This document shows positions 56,321 to 64,000 of a stretch of 64,000 nt of DNA, piece after piece. Position numbers and translations under genes: made by a program. Position 1 is the stretch's first letter, and every line of letters begins with the position of its first letter. Below the pieces are notes generated by a model, which had not been told where the DNA came from, searched no databases, and worked only from the letters and a program-made list of their open reading frames with translations. Source of the stretch: Candidatus Firestoneibacteriota bacterium (GTDB lineage: Bacteria > Oederibacteriota > D2-FULL-39-29); the NCBI GenBank assembly GCA_903891415.1, contig CAITEH010000052.1, forward strand, positions 3,727-67,726, given 5' to 3'.

Positions 56321-57241
56321 ATGAAAGCGGTAGTTGTAATAGGCAGTTCAAACACGGACATGGTGCTGCGGGCTAAAAAAGCTCCTTTGGGCGGCGAGAC
56401 CGTTATCGGCAGCGATTTTTGCATGATACCCGGGGGAAAAGGCGCTAATCAAGCGGTGGCCGCGGCCAAAGCGGGAGCCGGAGTCATTTTTATTTCAAAA
56501 CTTGGCAGGGATATCTTCGGCGATAACCTGCTGGCTAATTTCAAGAAAGAGGGGCTTGATACGCGTTTTGTTTTCAGGGATAAAACTGAACCTACGGGAG
56601 CTGCGCTTATTACGGTTGATGACAGGGCGCAAAATTCCATAGTCGTCGCTGCGGGCGCGAATTTCAGTCTGCTGCCTTCAGATATCAAGAAAGCAGCAGA
56701 GGAAATAAAGCATGCGGCCTGTATTGTCCTGCAGCAGGAAATACCGGAAAACTCGGTGGCGTTTGCCATAGCCCTGGGAAACAGGTATAAAGTGCCGGTA
56801 ATTCTTAATCCTGCCCCCGCCAGAAAGCTTCCGGTTTCTTTACTCAAAAAGCTCTATATGCTGGATCCGAATGAGAGCGAAACAGAATTCTTAACCGGCA
56901 TAAAGGTCATAAATATCTCCACGGCCAGAAAGGCCGCGGCCCGGCTTTTGGCTTGCGGAGTAAAGCATGTAATAATTACGCTGGGAAAGAAAGGTGTTTT
57001 TGCCTGCGGAAAAGGTTTTGAAATGCTGGTTCCGGCCTTTAAGGTTAAAGCCGTTGATACCACCGCGGCGGGCGACGCTTTTACCGGCGGTTTTGCCTGC
57101 GCTCTGGCGGAGAAAAAAGATTTCTATGAATGCGTTAAATTTGGAAGCGCGGCGGCGGCTCTGGCCGTAACAAAACTCGGTGCCCAGTCCTCGCTTCCGG
57201 CAAGAACGGAGATAAGACAATTCCTGAGCCGTCAGAAGTGA
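56321..57241 (+). CDS. rbsK: Ribokinase
   Basis: GS.N.D, GGKGANQA, GAN, LQQE, NP.PA, PNESE, DTT.AGDAF.G. Confidence 0.92.
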   Translation: MKAVVVIGSSNTDMVLRAKKAPLGGETVIGSDFCMIPGGKGANQAVAAAKAGAGVIFISKLGRDIFGDNLLANFKKEGLDTRFVFRDKTEPTGAALITVDDRAQNSIVVAAGANFSLLPSDIKKAAEEIKHAACIVLQQEIPENSVAFAIALGNRYKVPVILNPAPARKLPVSLLKKLYMLDPNESETEFLTGIKVINISTARKAAARLLACGVKHVIITLGKKGVFACGKGFEMLVPAFKVKAVDTTAAGDAFTGGFACALAEKKDFYECVKFGSAAAALAVTKLGAQSSLPARTEIRQFLSRQK

Positions 57242-57993
57242 AAATATATTCGTATTCCAAACTCTCGACTTTTGAAAACTGCGCTTTTCAATACAAGCTG
57301 CGTTATATTGACAATATTAAAGTTGATAAGGACACCATCGAACGTTTTCTGGGGAACACCGTGCATTCCACGCTTGAATACACTTACCAGAACCGGGAAA
57401 ACCTGCTGAAAAAAGATAAGCCGAAAGAAGCCATGACGGAACTCTTTAATTATTTTTGGCGGAAGGATTATAAAGATTCTATCACCATAGTGAAAAGAGG
57501 TAAAGGCGCCGGGGACTATAAAAGCGCGGGGGCCAGGTGCATCGAAAGATATTTCGACAAGTACTACCCTTTTGATCAGAATAAGGTACTGGGTATGGAA
57601 GAACGCATACAAATAAAGCTGGATGCCGAAGGCAAATATCTGCTGAACGGTATTATTGACCGGCTTGACGAGACCCCGGGCGGCGGGCTTGAGATCCACG
57701 ATTACAAGACCGGCATGAATCCTCCGAGCCAGGAAAAAATTGAAAAAGAAAGACAGCTCGCGCTGTATCATATAGGCGTGGCGGAAAAATACGGCGGCAG
57801 GAAGATCTCCCTGATCTGGCATTATCTGATGTCCGGTATAGAGTTCCGCCTGGAGAAGACCGAAAGCCAGCTGCAGGGTGTAAAAGAAGAAACCATGGGC
57901 GTAATTAATGAGATCGAGGCCACGGAAGAATTCAAGACGCATAAAGGGCCGCTTTGTAACTATTGCGAATATTTTGGCAGCTACTGCCGGTAG
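57238..57993 (+). CDS. PD-(D/E)XK nuclease (RecB/AddB/Cas4-like) with Fe-S cysteines
   Basis: SYS.L..F..C, G...H..LE, E, G.IDR.D, DYKTG, QL.LY, C..C......C. Confidence 0.85.
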   Translation: MKIYSYSKLSTFENCAFQYKLRYIDNIKVDKDTIERFLGNTVHSTLEYTYQNRENLLKKDKPKEAMTELFNYFWRKDYKDSITIVKRGKGAGDYKSAGARCIERYFDKYYPFDQNKVLGMEERIQIKLDAEGKYLLNGIIDRLDETPGGGLEIHDYKTGMNPPSQEKIEKERQLALYHIGVAEKYGGRKISLIWHYLMSGIEFRLEKTESQLQGVKEETMGVINEIEATEEFKTHKGPLCNYCEYFGSYCR

Positions 57994-58090
57994 GCAGGAG
58001 CCTTAAATTCAGGGGTAGTGTCAAACAGTAAATGAAAGATATGGAGAAAAAGGCAGACTTGTGATAGCAGAAGTAGTTATCTGCATGGCT

Positions 58091-58185
58091 TTGTCATCCT
58101 GAGTCGCTTTTTACGAAGGATCTCTGTATTTTAGGTCTAAAAAGCAGGGATGTTTCGCCAAGAGGAAAATGGCTCAACATGACAA
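58091..58185. repeat. GTCAT..ATGAC composite palindromic element
   Basis: TTGTCATCCTGAG / CTCAACATGACAA outer arms. CGAAGGATCTC / GGGATGTTTCG inner arms. Confidence 0.7.
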
Positions 58186-58292
58186 GAAAAAGATGGTGTA
58201 GGCAATTTGAATCCAAAGAAGTGCTTGTAGAAGTGTATGTAAACAGAGATTTACTAAAAGAAGCTTTACAATACCGGCGTTCGGGAGGAGAA

Positions 58293-59690
58293 ATGAGACC
58301 ATTGAAATTGCTGCTGCTAGTATGTGTTCTTGTGTCGTTTATTTACCCCGGGGAGCCAAAAAAAGAGGCTCCGTTATACGGCCTTTATACCTGGGGCAAT
58401 GAATTAAATAAGAACCTTGAGCTTATCAAGGATACGGGTTTCAGGATAATCTGTATGCCGCTGGATGAAAGTGATACCGAAAAAGGGTATAAATGTGCCG
58501 TTAAAAATAACATAGAAGTTGCCGGCATGCTGGTCTGTAACGGATTTGTAAATAAAAATATGGATCTGAAGGGCTGGCGCGAGCTGGTCAATAAAAGCTT
58601 GAGAAGGTTCGGCCCGAACGGCAGTTTTTGGGCTGAAAATAAGGATCTTCCCCCGCGGCCGGTAAGGTTCTATATCATAGGGGGAGAGCCGGGAACGGAA
58701 CTAAAACCACCCGGGGAGATGATGCCTGATGAAGCTTATTATCTGATGCTTAAAGCCGCGAGTGAAGAGATAAGAGGCTATGATAAAGCGGCGAAGATCG
58801 TCGCGATGTCCCCTATAGGCGCTTTCTCGGGGGCACTTTCCCGGGATACCGTAAATACTAAACAAAAAATAATGGGCCCCTACGCTTTTATCAGGGGAGT
58901 GCATAAGTACGGCGGTGCTGCTCTCTACGACTGCATAGATGTCCATCCGTTTACACACCCCATGCCTCCGGATGTGGGCGGGGTCCAGGAAATATTCAAA
59001 TGGCTCAAAGAAGAAACCAAAAAAAACGGCGGGGAAAAACCTATCTGGTGCACGGAGATGGGCTTTCCGCTGTCTTATGGAATGGCCAACCCTTTCTTTT
59101 TTACAAAAGACCAGGCAGCGGATAATTTTGTCAGATTTCTGGCTCTTTGTGCGAGGCACGGCGTGCAAACAGTCACCCTGACCTATCCCGAGGATCAATA
59201 CTCTGTTTCCGGCAGGTATAAGGGTTACGGTATTTACAGCCTGAACGGGAAAATGAGAGTTGCCGCGAAAGCGATAAAATTGATGACGGATCTTTTACCG
59301 GATCCGGAATTGCTAAGTGTAATAAGCGACGGCCAGACTCCCAACCCCGAGCCGGTAAAGTGTTCTTATGAACCGTATAAGGACAGCCCGTATTTCTGCT
59401 ACAAATTCAAGGGCCGGAATAACAGTGAAGTGATAATTGCCTGGACCTCCGGGAAGCCTTTTAGCTATGAGATCGAAGGCCTGAAGGAAAAAAATGTAGT
59501 GTTGTATAACAGAGAACTGCTGGGCGGTGTGGTGTGCGCGGTCAAGGATAACAAGATCAAGATCCCGATCTCCAATGTCCCTATATTTATCTCGAATGAA
59601 GTAACGGACCAGCTTATTAAAAACACCGAGAATTATTTAAAAGTCGGCAAAGATATTAAATGGGCGCCTATTTACGGAGCCGAAGATTGA
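58293..59690 (+). CDS. Exported glycoside hydrolase-like protein (clan GH-A fold)
   Basis: Signal peptide after GGAGGAG, GEP, D.HPF, PIWCTEMG. The ORF-track start at 58179 lies inside a repeat. Confidence 0.65.
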   Translation: MRPLKLLLLVCVLVSFIYPGEPKKEAPLYGLYTWGNELNKNLELIKDTGFRIICMPLDESDTEKGYKCAVKNNIEVAGMLVCNGFVNKNMDLKGWRELVNKSLRRFGPNGSFWAENKDLPPRPVRFYIIGGEPGTELKPPGEMMPDEAYYLMLKAASEEIRGYDKAAKIVAMSPIGAFSGALSRDTVNTKQKIMGPYAFIRGVHKYGGAALYDCIDVHPFTHPMPPDVGGVQEIFKWLKEETKKNGGEKPIWCTEMGFPLSYGMANPFFFTKDQAADNFVRFLALCARHGVQTVTLTYPEDQYSVSGRYKGYGIYSLNGKMRVAAKAIKLMTDLLPDPELLSVISDGQTPNPEPVKCSYEPYKDSPYFCYKFKGRNNSEVIIAWTSGKPFSYEIEGLKEKNVVLYNRELLGGVVCAVKDNKIKIPISNVPIFISNEVTDQLIKNTENYLKVGKDIKWAPIYGAED

Positions 59691-59745
59691 TTTGCCTTAA
59701 CCGGTACTGTCAAACTTCTTGAAAATTATCTTAAAGGAATAATAA

Positions 59746-61080
59746 ATGCCTTTAGTTTCCGTTGTCAGCCTGGGCTGCGCGAAAAATCTTGTGGATTCTG
59801 AAATAATTCTGGGTTCTTTCAGGAAAAGCGGGTTTGAAATAACAGGAGAACAAAGCACGGCCGATTGTATCCTTGTTAACACCTGTTCTTTTCTTTCCGC
59901 TTCGAGGCAGGAAGCGGCGCGGGAAATAAAAAAAGCGCTTAAAAACAAAAAAAAAGGCTCGCTCCTTGCCGTTGCCGGTTGTTTTGTCGCAAGCCATGGG
60001 GAAGAACTCCGGAAACTTTTTCCGGAAGTTAAAATTTTTATCCCTTTTTCCTCAATACCGGAGGCCGGCAAGCTCTGTTTGGAAGCCCTGAAAAATACCG
60101 GAGCGGCGGTCCCTCTCTCCCCGGAAAACAAATTTCTTTATGACAGCGGCATGCCCCGCGTGCTGGCCACGCTTCCGCATTATGCTTATGTCAAAATAGC
60201 CGAGGGCTGTGATAATTGCTGTTCCTACTGCCTTATTCCTTCTATCAGGGGGCATTTCCGAAGCCGCCCGCTGGAAGATATAATTCTTGAAGCAAAGAAA
60301 CTTGCCGCGCTCGGGGTCCGGGAAATAAATCTTATTTCACAGGATACCACCCGTTACGGTGAAGACCTTTACCGCAAGCCGGCTCTTTCAAAACTTCTAA
60401 AAGCGCTTGTAAGGATCAAAGGCGTTGCCTGGATACGTGTCTTATATATGTATCCTTCCCGGGTTACGGACGAATTGATAGAAGCCGTGGGCAAGCTGGA
60501 CAAGGTCGCTCCCTATTTTGATATTCCCCTCCAGCATACTGAAAACAGGATCTTAAGGTCCATGGGAAGAACCTATTTAAAGGAAGATATTGAAAAACTT
60601 TTACAAAAGATAAGAGGCAGGATAAAAAATGCGGTTATTAGAACGACCCTCATTACCGGTTTTCCGGGGGAAACAAAGCAGGAATTTAAGGCGCTGCTTG
60701 AATTTATAGGGCGGGTAAAATTTGATAAGCTCGGGGTGTTTGTTTTCTCAAAGGAAAAAGGTACGCCTGCTGCTTTAATGCCCGGCCTGGTGAGCGGACC
60801 GGAAAAGCTAAGAAGGTTCAAAGCTCTCATGAAAGCGCAGCAGAAGATATCTTTACGATTGAACAAAGAAAAGATTGGGAGTAAAATAGAAGTGCTTGTG
60901 GATACTGTCGTAAACGGCCTGGCAGAGGGGCGGAGGCCTGTTGACGCTCCTGATGTGGACGGCCGGGTGTATTTTCAAGAACGCAAAACGGGCGGCGGTA
61001 TTTTTCCGGGAAAGCTGGTGGCCGTAAAAGTCGTTAAAGCGCTTCCCTATGACTTGCTTGGAGAGGTTTTTGAAGATTAA
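59746..61080 (+). CDS. rimO: Ribosomal protein S12 methylthiotransferase RimO
   Basis: SLGCAKNLVDSE, VNTC.F, CDNCCSYC, QDTT.YG, DAP.VDG. Confidence 0.95.
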   Translation: MPLVSVVSLGCAKNLVDSEIILGSFRKSGFEITGEQSTADCILVNTCSFLSASRQEAAREIKKALKNKKKGSLLAVAGCFVASHGEELRKLFPEVKIFIPFSSIPEAGKLCLEALKNTGAAVPLSPENKFLYDSGMPRVLATLPHYAYVKIAEGCDNCCSYCLIPSIRGHFRSRPLEDIILEAKKLAALGVREINLISQDTTRYGEDLYRKPALSKLLKALVRIKGVAWIRVLYMYPSRVTDELIEAVGKLDKVAPYFDIPLQHTENRILRSMGRTYLKEDIEKLLQKIRGRIKNAVIRTTLITGFPGETKQEFKALLEFIGRVKFDKLGVFVFSKEKGTPAALMPGLVSGPEKLRRFKALMKAQQKISLRLNKEKIGSKIEVLVDTVVNGLAEGRRPVDAPDVDGRVYFQERKTGGGIFPGKLVAVKVVKALPYDLLGEVFED

Positions 61081-61690
61081 ACTGAATTATTCCAATTCAC
61101 TGACTCTTGTAAGAATAATATTTATTCCTTTTTTTCTTGTTTTCCTTTTTGCACAATTTAAATACGGCGCGGCAATAGCCCTTTTTATTTTTATCGTTGC
61201 CTCGCTTACTGATCTCTATGACGGGATACTGGCCCGGGAAAGGAATGAAGTTACCGAATTTGGCAAATTCATGGACCCTATTGCGGATAAATTGCTTGTC
61301 TTTTCGGCCTTTGTTTCTTTTATACAGCTGGACCTGGTCCCCACCTGGATGATTATTGTCATGATGGCCCGCGAGTTCCTGATCACTTCCCTGAGGATGC
61401 TGGCGATCTCCAACGGCAACAAAGTCCTGCCGGCAGAGCAGTCCGGCAAGCACAAAACGGCCTGGCATATTGCCACCATAATAACTATTCTGGTCATAAT
61501 CGCGGCCCAAAGCATTTATAAGGTGAATTTATGGCTTGAATCCAAAGGGCCTGTCGGCGAACATATCTCAGCTTTTATCGGAGCCCTGCCTTATACCTTG
61601 AGTTTCATCTGTGTGGTTTATTCCATTTATTCCGCCTGGGATTTTATCAACAAGAACAGGGGCCATTTTATTGAAAAACATAATAATTAA
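61070..61690 (+). CDS. pgsA: CDP-diacylglycerol--glycerol-3-phosphate 3-phosphatidyltransferase
   Basis: N.LTL.R, TD.YDG.LAR, G.FMDPIADK, ARE, GK.KT. TTG 61070 after GGAGAGG. Confidence 0.93.
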   Translation: MKIKLNYSNSLTLVRIIFIPFFLVFLFAQFKYGAAIALFIFIVASLTDLYDGILARERNEVTEFGKFMDPIADKLLVFSAFVSFIQLDLVPTWMIIVMMAREFLITSLRMLAISNGNKVLPAEQSGKHKTAWHIATIITILVIIAAQSIYKVNLWLESKGPVGEHISAFIGALPYTLSFICVVYSIYSAWDFINKNRGHFIEKHNN

Positions 61691-62141
61691 ACTCCTTGCT
61701 TCAGGTTTTGGAACGGGGTATTCTCCCGTAGCCAGCGGTACCGCGGGAACTCTGGTCGGCGTGGCCCTTTTTTTCCTTTTGCCCCAAAAATATATTTTGC
61801 CTGCGGCCGTGGTCATATTTATGGCCGGGGTTTATATTTCTACTGAAGCCGAAAAACTTTACGGTAAAAAAGATTCGGGAAAGATAGTTATAGATGAGAT
61901 CGCGGGCTATCTGTTCTCCCTGGCTTTTATGCCTCCCGCGGGTTTTGGCTCCCAAAAATGGCTTTTTGCCTCTGCCGGTTTTGTGCTCTTCCGTATTTTT
62001 GACGTATGGAAACCTTTTCCCGCGCGCGGAGCCCAGGAATTAAGAGGCGGGTGGGGTGTCATGCTGGATGATTTGATCGCCGGCATCTATACCAACGCGG
62101 TGCTGTGGCTGCTGGTACTTGCCTTAAAAATGGTTTCTTAA
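61671..62141 (+). CDS. pgpA: Phosphatidylglycerophosphatase A
   Basis: G.G.SP.A.GT.G, D.G.IVIDE..G, FR.FD..KP, GVMLDDL.AG. Confidence 0.95.
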   Translation: MKNIIIKLLASGFGTGYSPVASGTAGTLVGVALFFLLPQKYILPAAVVIFMAGVYISTEAEKLYGKKDSGKIVIDEIAGYLFSLAFMPPAGFGSQKWLFASAGFVLFRIFDVWKPFPARGAQELRGGWGVMLDDLIAGIYTNAVLWLLVLALKMVS

Positions 62142-62692
62142 AGTTTGAAAAGCACCGCCTCCTGCAGGATCTTGCCGTCAAGCGCGTAAACTCTTCCGGT
62201 GGCTTTTTTTCCCTCCAGTTCCAGCATGCCGAACGAGAGCGTATTATTCCGGTGATCGCCTTTTTTTAGATGTCCCGGATTTAAGAAAAGCGTATCGCCT
62301 TTTATCATGGCTTCGTAGAGATGCGAGTGCCCGTAGAGGTAAATGTCCGTCTCGTTTTCTATGGCGATCTTTTTCGGGTCCAAACTGCCCGGCAGGTCTT
62401 CGGGTTCCGGCCTGTCTGAATGCGTTAGAAAGAGCTTAAAGCCGGAGAGCTCCGTGAAAAAACGGTTTTGGATCTTCGGCTCGGTGTATTGTTTTTCATA
62501 AAGCCCCGGCACGCGGAAAACCGTGTCAGAATGTTCAAAAAGAAGGTCCGCGTCCTTATAGGTGTCTCCGAGATGAATAAAACCGGCCGCGCCCAAAGTT
62601 TTTGCTTTTTCAACGGCTCTCCTAAAAAGGCCAAGCTCATTATGGGTATCGGAAAAAACACCTATTATTGTTTTGAGCATTTCATCCTGCAT
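62138..62692 (-). CDS. Metallophosphoesterase (YfcE-like)
   Basis: SDTH, HLGD, TH, YGHSH, NPG. Confidence 0.85.
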   Translation of the reverse strand: MQDEMLKTIIGVFSDTHNELGLFRRAVEKAKTLGAAGFIHLGDTYKDADLLFEHSDTVFRVPGLYEKQYTEPKIQNRFFTELSGFKLFLTHSDRPEPEDLPGSLDPKKIAIENETDIYLYGHSHLYEAMIKGDTLFLNPGHLKKGDHRNNTLSFGMLELEGKKATGRVYALDGKILQEAVLFKL

Positions 62693-63603
62693 TTCCGGCA
62701 GGCCGCGTTACAGGGTTCCAGATGGAACATGACCTCCGTGTTCCTGAGCGATTTTTTAATATCTTTTTCTATATGATGCGTGAGTTCATGCGCTTCCTCT
62801 ACATGCAGGTCCCGCGAGACCGTCAGGTGCAGGTCCAGATACCTGAAAGGCCCTGATTTCCGGCTTCTTAGTTTATGAAAATCCACGAAAGACCCGGAGT
62901 TCTCCTGGATCGCTCTTCTGACTGTCTTTTCCTCTTCCGGCGAGATCTTTGTATCCACCAGGTTCAATATGGAATCTTTAGTTATCTGAAAAGCGGCAAA
63001 AGATATCCAGGCCGCAGTACCTGCCGCTATGAGCGGGTCCAGGTATTCAATGTGCGGGACAATGTCTTTTAAAAGGCTGATCAAAAGCAGGGCCGTAAAT
63101 ACCCCCAGAGAGGTGTAAACATCAGTCCGGAGATGCCAGGCATCGGCATCCAGCGCATCAGATTCCGTTTCTTTGGATATTTTAAACAGGTATCCTGAAA
63201 TAAAATAATTTACTACAGTTGAAACCAGCATTACACCGATGCCGATCCCTATATTGTTTATCTTCACGCCGTGCACAAACTTATCGTAGGCCTCGTGAAT
63301 TATCAGGTAAGCCGCGAAGAAAATAAGCAGGCCTTCAAGAAGAGCGGAAACGTTTTCGACCTTGCCGTGCCCGAAATGATGTTTTTTATCGGCAGGTTCC
63401 GAGGATTTAACTACCGAGTATTTGGCAATAATAGCTGCCGCCAGGTCCAGCCCGGAGTGAATAGCTTCCGCGATTATACTTACGGCGCCGGACATAATAC
63501 CCACCAGGAGCTTTAAAAGCACCAGTGCCAGGTTTGAAATGACCGAAAAATTGGCAGCGAATCTTTTTTTTATAGTTAATGCCGCGAGAGTCTTCTTTGA
63601 CAT
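62665..63603 (-). CDS. Cation diffusion facilitator (FieF-like)
   Basis: AEAIHS..D, HHFGHGK.E, DA.H.R.D, R.R..G, H....H. ATG 63603. Confidence 0.93.
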   Translation of the reverse strand: MSKKTLAALTIKKRFAANFSVISNLALVLLKLLVGIMSGAVSIIAEAIHSGLDLAAAIIAKYSVVKSSEPADKKHHFGHGKVENVSALLEGLLIFFAAYLIIHEAYDKFVHGVKINNIGIGIGVMLVSTVVNYFISGYLFKISKETESDALDADAWHLRTDVYTSLGVFTALLLISLLKDIVPHIEYLDPLIAAGTAAWISFAAFQITKDSILNLVDTKISPEEEKTVRRAIQENSGSFVDFHKLRSRKSGPFRYLDLHLTVSRDLHVEEAHELTHHIEKDIKKSLRNTEVMFHLEPCNAACRKCRMKCSKQ

Positions 63604-63700
63604 AGTAATATATATCACAAAATAATCCGGAAAGCAAAGATAAACCAAACCTGCTCCAATATTCCATCTTTTGTTATTAATTTATTATAGATCCTGCACT

Positions 63701-63741
63701 ATCTGTGTCATCTCATTTGTCATCTGTGCCATCTGCCTTCC
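63701..63741. repeat. ATCTGTG right-arm remnant
   Basis: ATCTGTGTCATC..GTCATCTGTGCCATCTG, same units as 51632-51667. Confidence 0.65.
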
Positions 63742-63750
63742 ATACTCTAA

Positions 63751-63978
63751 TTATCGTTCAGCATCCGCCGTGGCGGAAGTCCCGGATCCAGCTTCATATT
63801 CCGGGACAAATAATACTGTTTCAAAAACCCCTTGATCTATGATAAAATCAACCATCTTAACGGGAGTATGAGGGAGCAAAATGGATACCGGGGAAAAAAA
63901 GGACTCGCGGCCGGAGGGCGTTTTTACCGCCAGAAATATCTTTATATTTTTACTTGTCTGTCTTGCGGCCTTCTTCAT
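63751..63978 (-). CDS. Small hypothetical protein
   Basis: 75-aa ORF in the gap. No recognisable family. Confidence 0.4.
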   Translation of the reverse strand: MKKAARQTSKNIKIFLAVKTPSGRESFFSPVSILLPHTPVKMVDFIIDQGVFETVLFVPEYEAGSGTSATADAER

Positions 63979-64000
63979 CTATCAGCTTCCGGTATTTTGG
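63950..64000 (-). CDS. 3' end of a gene continuing beyond the window
   Basis: Open frame ..PKYRKLIDEEGRKTDK* running from the window edge. Confidence 0.3.
   Translation of the reverse strand, partial: PKYRKLIDEEGRKTDK

Noticed and set aside
58179-58292. ORF-track N-terminal extension of the GH-like gene
   Set aside because: The ATG is part of the CATGAC repeat end. A strong SD and signal peptide start at 58293.

Overview
Bacterial chromosomal window, probably from a diderm (it encodes an outer-membrane beta-barrel-like protein and type IV pilus motor genes). I cannot assign taxonomy from sequence alone. The window is mostly housekeeping. It holds Fpg/Nei-pdxA; nrdR-pilB-pilT-pilC-polyprenyl synthase-aminotransferase-tatA; a sugar-catabolic run (rhamnulokinase-like kinase, class II aldolase, LarA, ketose 3-epimerase); transaldolase; RNase P RNA; an RHH/PIN toxin-antitoxin pair; and two L-fucose/L-arabinose isomerase-family genes. 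It also holds a complete dcw cluster (mraZ to ftsZ) followed by two polysaccharide deacetylases, an amidase and pgeF; secA; an archaeal-looking thyA; tpx, queF, rbsK, rimO, pgsA and pgpA. I found no rRNA, tRNA, CRISPR array, transposase or prophage. The most unusual signal is non-coding. About a dozen intergenic gaps carry short-period (7-9 nt) repeat arrays, often as inverted left and right arms that start at or inside the upstream stop codon, and some carry nested REP-like palindromes. These look like gene-less cassettes of several mobile repeat families. A four-way-junction RNA candidate with a switchable terminator sits directly in front of the sugar operon. Several genes have consensus promoters positioned for leaderless mRNAs. 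Several starts were re-assigned by eye from RBS position and differ from the ORF track.
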